A stretch of 64,000 nucleotides of DNA from an uncultured Bacilli bacterium. Its GTDB lineage: Bacteria > Bacillota_I > Bacilli_A > RFN20 > CAG-288. The stretch lies in contig CALVXU010000030.1 of the NCBI GenBank assembly GCA_944371605.1, positions 52,187 through 116,186 of the forward strand. The letters run 5' to 3'. Shown in pieces: positions 58,175 to 64,000 of this stretch; position 1 is the stretch's first letter; each line of letters opens with the position of its first letter. The position numbers and the translations under genes are program-made. The notes beneath the pieces were generated by a model. That model searched no databases. It worked only from the letters and a program-made list of their open reading frames with translations, and had not been told where the DNA came from.

Positions 58175-58262
58175 CGGAGCGAGAGAGATTTGAACTCTCG
58201 CACAGTGTTACCTGTCTATGAGCTTTCCAAGCCCACCTCTTCAGCCTCTTGAGTATCGCTCC
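58175..58262 (-). tRNA. tRNA-Ser (anticodon GGA), class II
   Basis: Manual cloverleaf: acceptor GGAGCGA/TCGCTCC, anticodon arm TGGGC-TTGGAAA-GCTCA (one G-U pair), long variable arm, T-arm with TTCAAAT loop. Confidence 0.85.
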
Positions 58263-58364
58263 AAAACTAAGACAGCAAAGATTATTTTATCGAAGTTTTT
58301 GCTCTTGTCAAGAGTTAAAGTTTTTATTTCTATTAATAAATAAGTTTAATGATATAATTTTTAT

Positions 58365-59345
58365 ATGAATTTTAAAATAACTGCAAACGAAGCTAATCAG
58401 CGCATCGATAAATTTTTGAAAAGAGTTCTAAAAGAAGCTCCACTATCTTTTATCTATAAAATGTTTCGAAAAAAGGATGTAAAAGTAAACGGAGTTAAAG
58501 CCAAAATTGATTATATTTTAAAAGAAAATGATGACGTATCAATCTATTTAAAAGATGATTTAATCAATAAATTTCATCAAGAGGCTCTGCTTAGACCTGT
58601 CAAGCCAAATTTCACTATTTTATATGAAGATGACAAAATCTTAGTAGCTGACAAGCCTAGAGGCTTATTGATTCATGGCGATAATGATGATGAAAAGAGA
58701 ATAACTCTACAAAATATGGTTCTCAATTATTTGTCAAAAAAGGGAGAATGGGATCCCAATAACATCACTGGATTCATTCCTAGCCCTGCTCATCGACTTG
58801 ACAGAAACACATCCGGAATCGTTATCTTTGGAAAAACTTTACCCAGCCTTCAAGTATTGCAAGATTTATTCCGAGAAAGAACAAAAATCAGAAAAAAATA
58901 TCTGCTACTCGTCAGAGGAATAACTCCTAAAAATGGTGAAATAAACTTACCCTTGATTAAAGATAGCAAATTAAAGCTGGTCAAAGTAGGCAAAATAGAA
59001 AAAGGTGCTAAACCAGCTAAAACAATCTATACTAGAATCAAAACTTTTTCGTGTGGTTATTCGCTAGTCGAAGCAGAACTTTTAACAGGAAGAACTCATC
59101 AACTCCGCGTCCATTTTGCTAATATTTCTCATCCGATAGTTGGTGATAGCAAATATGGTGACTTTGAAGTCAATGATTTTTTTGAACGGATGTATGGATT
59201 TAAAAATCAATTTTTGCATGCTTCATATTTCGAATTTTTAGATGACATACCGAGCCCTTTGAATTATTTATCTAATCATTCATTTTCATCTAAATTACCT
59301 AAAAAAGAGGAAGAGATTTTAGAATCTATAAAAGGTATAAATTAA
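58365..59345 (+). CDS. RluA-family 23S rRNA pseudouridine synthase (RluD/RluC-like, S4 domain)
   Basis: 326 aa. N-terminal S4-like domain, HRLDRNTSG and RTHQLRVH motifs. Confidence 0.85.
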   Translation: MNFKITANEANQRIDKFLKRVLKEAPLSFIYKMFRKKDVKVNGVKAKIDYILKENDDVSIYLKDDLINKFHQEALLRPVKPNFTILYEDDKILVADKPRGLLIHGDNDDEKRITLQNMVLNYLSKKGEWDPNNITGFIPSPAHRLDRNTSGIVIFGKTLPSLQVLQDLFRERTKIRKKYLLLVRGITPKNGEINLPLIKDSKLKLVKVGKIEKGAKPAKTIYTRIKTFSCGYSLVEAELLTGRTHQLRVHFANISHPIVGDSKYGDFEVNDFFERMYGFKNQFLHASYFEFLDDIPSPLNYLSNHSFSSKLPKKEEEILESIKGIN

Positions 59346-59346
59346 T

Positions 59347-59862
59347 ATGTCATTGTCTCTATTAGTTTTAATATTGATACCATTATTTCTTGTACCAGCT
59401 ATTCTTTTTACGACTAATAGAATACGCATCTATTTTTATTGCTCATTGTTTGCAGTATTATTTACAGGTATCATTTTTATCATCATTTCTTTCTTACCTG
59501 AAATTCTATCAGAAGAAATATTTGCGCAACCATTCATGAATATTTTTGCGCCGCTGATGAATCATTATCCTGGCTTGAGTGTTGAAGAAGAAGCGCATAT
59601 CATAACTCAGTTTTTGTACTTAATCATTTATTTATTAGTTTATTTTATATCTTATTTATTTTTCAAAATATTTTATATCGGAACAAATCCTGCTATTCAT
59701 AAACCGATAAAAATCATAACTAAAATCGCTTATGGCGCCAGTTTTTTCATTCTAACATATATTCCTTTAGTCATTTTTTTTGTTAATATTAGGATAATTC
59801 TTCCATTTGAAGATGGATTTTTATCTAATCTCTTTGATTTGATTTATCTTATCGAGGCTTGA
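59347..59862 (+). CDS. Hypothetical polytopic membrane protein
   Basis: 171 aa, about 5 TM. ATG lies 1 nt after the pseudouridine synthase stop. Confidence 0.45.
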   Translation: MSLSLLVLILIPLFLVPAILFTTNRIRIYFYCSLFAVLFTGIIFIIISFLPEILSEEIFAQPFMNIFAPLMNHYPGLSVEEEAHIITQFLYLIIYLLVYFISYLFFKIFYIGTNPAIHKPIKIITKIAYGASFFILTYIPLVIFFVNIRIILPFEDGFLSNLFDLIYLIEA

Positions 59863-59863
59863 T

Positions 59864-60931
59864 ATGAAAGAAGAAATGAAATTTTATCTCTTAGCTGAAG
59901 AGAGTGGCTGGAATCTTCAAAAGTACGCAACTGATTATGGGAAAACTTTGAAGGAGACCGAAAATTATCAGCTTCTTGTCAATAATATTAACAGTGCAAA
60001 AGAGCATTTATCTTTTAAAGCTAAGGGCTTGATAGAAAGCTTTGAAAGATTACAATTTTACACTTTAAATATTAAGGACTGCTTTATCTTAGAAAGTTCA
60101 TTTGATTATTTATTATTACATTCATTCCCTGAATACTATATCAACCCTCTAGCGATCGATCCAAACTATAAAGGTGATATCAATTCCATCGGTGACTTAA
60201 TCATCAATTTTGATGGAAAAGATACAACATTAAATGAAATAATCCTTGATGAAACTAAAAGCAAGGAATATAAAATGGAGAGAATCGAGCCGCAATTAGA
60301 CTATTATCTTTCAGACATGAACAAAATCGCTGATGTATCAATCGCAAATTTAAAAAAGAAAGCTATCACTAAAAAAAATTTTCTCTCTATATTTTCTTAT
60401 GTTTCTGAAATATTATTCTTTATATTAGCTAACATCTTTCTTTTCATAACATGGATCAATCCATTTGAAATCTTTTTTAACCATTTCTATCAACCGACAT
60501 TAACACATGCTTTAACCTATTTAGCCTATATGTATCCGATAATAATATTGCTTTATGACATCAGTTTTATAGCCTTTCATATCTATAGGGCAAATGTCAG
60601 CGAAGCATATAATTACGCCAAAAGATTCCTGCAAAAAAATACTGAAAAGTTATTCGATGATATAAACAAAAGAAAAGAAGAACTTAAAAACTATATCGAA
60701 GGTGCTATTTATGCCAAAATATCTTTAAAAAATGATATCAAGGATTTTTCTTGTTTATCCGAGAGTTATGTCGATTTAAAAGCAGTGGTCGATTATGAAA
60801 AAATCAAGAATAAAAAACTATATATCTTTTTAAATGGTTTGCGATTCTCAATGACTACAATAACTGGTATCAGTTTTGTTATCTTTTTAATTATATATAT
60901 AATTGCAGTTGTATTTCAGGTGGCAATATGA
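59864..60931 (+). CDS. Hypothetical membrane protein (soluble N-domain, TM pair, coiled-coil-like segment, C-terminal TM)
   Basis: 355 aa. ATG lies 1 nt after the upstream stop. Confidence 0.45.
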   Translation: MKEEMKFYLLAEESGWNLQKYATDYGKTLKETENYQLLVNNINSAKEHLSFKAKGLIESFERLQFYTLNIKDCFILESSFDYLLLHSFPEYYINPLAIDPNYKGDINSIGDLIINFDGKDTTLNEIILDETKSKEYKMERIEPQLDYYLSDMNKIADVSIANLKKKAITKKNFLSIFSYVSEILFFILANIFLFITWINPFEIFFNHFYQPTLTHALTYLAYMYPIIILLYDISFIAFHIYRANVSEAYNYAKRFLQKNTEKLFDDINKRKEELKNYIEGAIYAKISLKNDIKDFSCLSESYVDLKAVVDYEKIKNKKLYIFLNGLRFSMTTITGISFVIFLIIYIIAVVFQVAI

Positions 60932-61641
60932 GTTATTTTATCAATAATAAAAGTTATGACAATTTATATCAAGTAGCAAAAGACGCATACAAAAGTTCAA
61001 CATTTTTTTCATCATATTTTAAATCTGATGAGTTTTTGAAATTAATCTCGAATGTGAATCAAGAAAAATATGAAAAAATCCAAAAATTAAAAGTGCTTGT
61101 GATGCCTGAAGACGTTTTTGTCTTTCGTGTTTCTTACATTCTCAATCCATATATGTCATTTCGTCTCAACGGTTTTTGCTTTAAAAATTTACAAAGTCTC
61201 GGCGAAGCTATTTTAGCTTATGGTCCTGACTATAATACAACATTGATGGAAATAATCCGTTATCAGCTATTGTCGAAATATATGACTAGTTCAAGAGCTT
61301 CAAAGGCTGATCCAGACTTATTCAAAAAAGTTATAGAAATCGAACATCTAGGCGAAAATGATTCTTTATTAGCATATTTTATGCTCGGATATCTCTTATC
61401 GGCAAAAAATAGCATCATCTATCATAATAAGGAGTATAAGAACATCTGTAATCTCACCTATTATCTCTTCAAAGAAGAACCTGATTTAGCTACTTTAGGC
61501 AATAGTCTTTCACATTCAGCATTGCTTAAAGCCTATGGCATATATCACCCGGAAGAAAAATTAGATGAATTCTTTCATTTGATCAAAAGTTTAGAGACTA
61601 ATGAAAAACAATTAAATGATTTTTTAAACACAAAGAAATGA
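60928..61641 (+). CDS. Hypothetical soluble protein
   Basis: 237 aa. ATGA overlap with the upstream gene. Confidence 0.45.
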   Translation: MSYFINNKSYDNLYQVAKDAYKSSTFFSSYFKSDEFLKLISNVNQEKYEKIQKLKVLVMPEDVFVFRVSYILNPYMSFRLNGFCFKNLQSLGEAILAYGPDYNTTLMEIIRYQLLSKYMTSSRASKADPDLFKKVIEIEHLGENDSLLAYFMLGYLLSAKNSIIYHNKEYKNICNLTYYLFKEEPDLATLGNSLSHSALLKAYGIYHPEEKLDEFFHLIKSLETNEKQLNDFLNTKK

Positions 61642-61711
61642 TAAGTTGATAGAAATTATATTAATAAAATAATGACACAAGTTTATAATAAATAATGACT
61701 AGGAGGAAATT

Positions 61712-63466
61712 ATGAATTATTTAGAGAAAAAGCAGGCTTGGCTTGCTTCAGACAAAGTCACCGAAGATGAAAAGCAGATTATTCGCAACGCTGATGAAGA
61801 GACTATCAAAGAAATGTTCTCTTCATCTCTTGCTTTTGGTACTGCTGGTATGAGAGCTCTTTTAGGCCCTGGCTCAGCGCGTTTAAACAATTTAACTGTT
61901 AGACGTGCTACTATCGGTGTCGCTAAGTTCTTATTAGAAAAATATGGTGAACATGCTGCTAGAGAAAGAGGATTCGCTATCTCTTTCGACAATAGACATT
62001 GTTCAAAAGATTTTCGGGATACTGCCAGTACTGTTCTGACTGAAATGGGCTTTAAAGTCTATACTTTCCGTGATCCCCATCCGACTCCTGAGCTCTCCTA
62101 CACAGTTAGAAAACTCAATTGTGTCGGCGGTATTATGATCACTGCTAGTCACAATCCTAAAGAATATAATGGTTACAAGTTTTATGACGAAAAAGGATGT
62201 CAAGGCGTCTATCGAATCATCGAAGGATTGATAGCTACAATCGATGCCTTACCTGATGAACTCACTTGCGAGTATGAGAAGGTTTCGCTTGACAAATACG
62301 GAACCGTTACCTATTTAGACGATGACGAAAATTATGACTTAGAATTTGTTCATAAAGAGATCTCAACTTCTCTCTATTTAGAAGAGTTTGGTCCAGAAAG
62401 ATTGACTCGCATCGTTTTTTCACCAGAATGCGGTTGTGATTGCAAAGTTGGTCCTATGGCCTTGAGAAAGGCTGGATATGAAGTTGTCACTGTTCCTGGA
62501 CAAGATTATTTTGATCCTGATTTCACCCACACTGAAAATCCAAATCCAGAAACCGATGGCGCATATAAAGGTGCTTATGAAGAACTGAAACGTCTTAATG
62601 CTTCTTCAGATAAAAAATTTAACATCATCATTGTCACTGATCCTGATGCTGATAGATGCGGTCTAGCATTTGTGAATTCGCATGGAGATATTCAAAGATT
62701 TACTGGCAATCAAACCGGTGCGCTTTTAATCGATTTTGTTTTAGGAACTTTAAAGCGTCGCAACTCCTTGCCTGAAAAAGGTGTCATCTGTAATACTTTT
62801 GTCACTGGTTCACAAGGCGCTAAAATCGCTGAATCATATGGTGTTAAAGTGAGAACAACCGCTACCGGCTTTAAATATATCGGTAACATGGCAGACAGAT
62901 TAGAGATGCTCGGTGAAAAATATTTGTTCGGTTACGAGGAATCATATGGATATTTATTAGCTGATTTCGTCAGAGACAAAGATTCGTTGCAGTCGATTGT
63001 CGCCATAGCTGATATGACTGAATTTTACCTTAGACAAGGCAAAACTTTAGATATCGCATATGAAGAATTATCTGAACGAACTGGAAGATATTTCAACGAG
63101 CAGATATCAGTCGCTTTCTCTGGTTCTGATGCCCAAAAACGAATGGGTGAAGAAATCGAAAAATTGCGAAATAATCCTCCTAAGAAATTAGCAGGTGATG
63201 AAGTGGAATCCATCTATGACTATCAGAAGCGAATTATAACTGACTTTGTCAGAGGCTATAAATCTTCATTAAATGATCCAGATATCGATTATTCAGATTG
63301 CTTAAGATTTAATTTTAAGAGCGGAGGATTCTTGGCTATTCGTCCTTCAGGCACTGAGCCAAAAGTTAAGTTTTATGTTGAAGTCGTCGGTTTAACTGAT
63401 AGTGAAGCGAAAAAGTTTGGCGAAAAGAAAGTTGAAGAATTGAAAAAATTGATGGGTCTTGAATAA
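61712..63466 (+). CDS. pgcA: Phosphoglucomutase/phosphomannomutase-family phospho-sugar mutase
   Basis: 584 aa. Active-site TASHNPKEYNGYK, metal loop DPDADR and sugar loop GYEESYG. Confidence 0.9.
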   Translation: MNYLEKKQAWLASDKVTEDEKQIIRNADEETIKEMFSSSLAFGTAGMRALLGPGSARLNNLTVRRATIGVAKFLLEKYGEHAARERGFAISFDNRHCSKDFRDTASTVLTEMGFKVYTFRDPHPTPELSYTVRKLNCVGGIMITASHNPKEYNGYKFYDEKGCQGVYRIIEGLIATIDALPDELTCEYEKVSLDKYGTVTYLDDDENYDLEFVHKEISTSLYLEEFGPERLTRIVFSPECGCDCKVGPMALRKAGYEVVTVPGQDYFDPDFTHTENPNPETDGAYKGAYEELKRLNASSDKKFNIIIVTDPDADRCGLAFVNSHGDIQRFTGNQTGALLIDFVLGTLKRRNSLPEKGVICNTFVTGSQGAKIAESYGVKVRTTATGFKYIGNMADRLEMLGEKYLFGYEESYGYLLADFVRDKDSLQSIVAIADMTEFYLRQGKTLDIAYEELSERTGRYFNEQISVAFSGSDAQKRMGEEIEKLRNNPPKKLAGDEVESIYDYQKRIITDFVRGYKSSLNDPDIDYSDCLRFNFKSGGFLAIRPSGTEPKVKFYVEVVGLTDSEAKKFGEKKVEELKKLMGLE

Positions 63467-63484
63467 AGAATAGTAGATGAAATT

Positions 63485-63522
63485 AAAACGGCACTCAAGT
63501 GAATTATGGGTGCCGTTTTTTT
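63485..63522. terminator. Bidirectional rho-independent terminator
   Basis: AAAA-ACGGCAC-(15-nt loop)-GTGCCGT-TTTTTT between convergent genes. Confidence 0.7.
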
Positions 63523-63523
63523 A

Positions 63524-64000
63524 TTATCTATCATCGTCTAAAAACTTCTTTAACGCAAAATATATGCCTTCATGATTATTATCGAAAGGAGTGATATAAT
63601 CAGCCACTTTTTTAATGACTTCCGAACCATTTTGCATAGCGAAGCTCACACCTGCCTTTTTGATCATTTCAATATCGTTGTCAGCATCTCCAAATGCGAT
63701 GACATGGGCGCGATCAATCTGATAATACTTTTGCAATCGCTCAATAGCTGTAGATTTGTTCACTGAATAAAAGAAAAATTCCCCTATCAAACTTGTGTTT
63801 ATCCAAGGCCTAAAACCAATATCATCATATTTAGAGATAACATCTTGTACTTTAAACAATAAATTAGGATCTTTCAATGATATGATAAAACCGAACAAAT
63901 CTTCCTTGAATAGTTCTAACATCGGACCATAGAAAACATTCATCCCTTCTGGATGAAAATAATTTTCATATTCATGGTCTTCATATAAGAAAAAGAGATT
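63524..64000 (-). CDS. Cof-type HAD-IIB phosphatase; N-terminus beyond the window end
   Basis: C-terminal ...VIAFGDADNDIEMIKKAGVSFAMQNG... is the HAD motif IV context. The reading frame stays open to position 64000. Confidence 0.75.
   Translation of the reverse strand, partial: NLFFLYEDHEYENYFHPEGMNVFYGPMLELFKEDLFGFIISLKDPNLLFKVQDVISKYDDIGFRPWINTSLIGEFFFYSVNKSTAIERLQKYYQIDRAHVIAFGDADNDIEMIKKAGVSFAMQNGSEVIKKVADYITPFDNNHEGIYFALKKFLDDDR

Overview
This is a low-GC Bacillota/Mollicutes-like chromosomal core segment read with the standard genetic code. TGA, TAA and TAG each terminate conserved genes here, so code 4 does not apply. The minus strand from ~45.1 kb to ~30.0 kb carries a complete S10-spc-alpha ribosomal-protein superoperon (rpsJ to rplQ, including secY-adk-map-infA-rpmJ, with no rpmD). 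Its promoter and a structured ~130-nt leader are visible. The rest is mostly housekeeping: sdaA, rpsU, mnmA-dtd, punA-rarA, queT with a candidate preQ1 riboswitch, rubredoxin, alsD, lepA, hemW, tyrS, clpB behind a CIRCE operator, dnaD-nth, hup, cmk-der-gpsA, rluD-like, a phosphohexomutase, and 7 tRNAs. I saw no CRISPR array, transposase, integrase or phage genes. The leads most worth a second look, in order: (1) a tight three-gene operon at 51.3-55.1 kb pairing an LDH-like dehydrogenase and a class-Ia aminotransferase with an orphan 551-aa PEPCK/HprK-superfamily P-loop protein. (2) An in-frame TAG splitting rpsE between a Shine-Dalgarno-led N-terminal extension and the conserved core. (3) A Fic-fold protein with a degenerate active-site motif, inserted with a small membrane protein between lepA and hemW. 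(4) Two translationally coupled clusters of unrecognisable membrane or soluble proteins (17.0-19.1 kb and 59.3-61.6 kb). (5) A tRNA-flanked Ig-repeat surface protein. (6) A Cys/His-rich tail on ribosomal protein L15. All functional calls rest on motif recognition by eye; no database search was possible.
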